Source: Chiloscyllium plagiosum (taxonomy: Eukaryota). From it: a DNA stretch of 20,000 nt. How positions within the stretch are numbered: position 1 is the first letter of the stretch; the number at the start of each line of letters is the position of its first letter. This document shows, piece after piece, positions 19,660 to 20,000 of this stretch. The stretch is taken from assembly GCF_004010195.1 (NCBI RefSeq), contig NC_057754.1, positions 6,049,901-6,069,900 of the forward strand. The letters are read 5' to 3'. Position numbers and translations under genes: made by a program. The notes beneath the pieces are model-generated. The model was given only the letters and a program-made list of their open reading frames with translations, had not been told where the DNA came from and did no database searches.

Positions 19660-20000
19660 ATCCTACAAACTGAATCTGAAACGTTCTCGTACACACTGAA
19701 CAAATACCTTTCCATCCAAACCCTCAACACTGCAGCATTCCGAGGCCATGTTGGTAAAGTTAAAACCCCTTATCATTGTATCCACATTATTCTTACAGAT
19801 AACGGAGGTCTCCTGGTAATATTGACTATTGGGAGAGAGTCTATAATACAATGCCAGTAAGACGGTCATCCCTTCCTTATTTCCCAGCACCACCCAAGTA
19901 ACTTTCCTGGATGTACTCCCAAGAATATCCTCCCAAAGCCCAGCTGTAATGTTATCCCTAATCAAAGACGCCACTCCCCCTGTACTGTTGCCCCCTTGCT
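19660..20000 (-). mobile_element. CR1 ORF2 APE endonuclease fragment
   Basis: VTWVVLGNKEGMTVLLALYYRLSPNSQ...IRGFNFTNM...GLDGKVFVQCVRERF matches 'IWVEL...YYRPPNS...GDFNFP.IDW'. Confidence 0.88.

Overview
This is eukaryotic, repeat-saturated DNA. Its repeat repertoire resembles a cartilaginous fish (shark); that is inferred from recalled repeat families, not from a search. I find no intact protein-coding gene. Most of the window is decayed, nested CR1-type LINE fragments (ORF1 esterase, APE endonuclease, RT and 3' ends), Penelope-like elements (PLEs, with GIY-YIG remnants and hammerhead-bearing ends) and tRNA-derived SINEs, plus a 612-nt assembly gap (9222-9833). Non-TE sequence includes a decayed C2H2 zinc-finger exon (1921-2385, minus), a second weaker relic of the same exon (~5620-5765) and two promoter-like motif clusters (GC-box/NRF1/YY1 and paired CCAAT). 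Several direct and inverted local duplications suggest a dead or dying unit of a tandem ZNF gene cluster. The best observations are: a TSD-flanked fold-back PLE insertion with an apparently intact minimal hammerhead ribozyme (3755-3794, minus); a second TSD-flanked fold-back mini-insertion; the ZNF pseudo-exon missed by the ORF track; and an inverted paralog missing two ~1 kb blocks. I do not see convincing evidence of a wholly new biological system.
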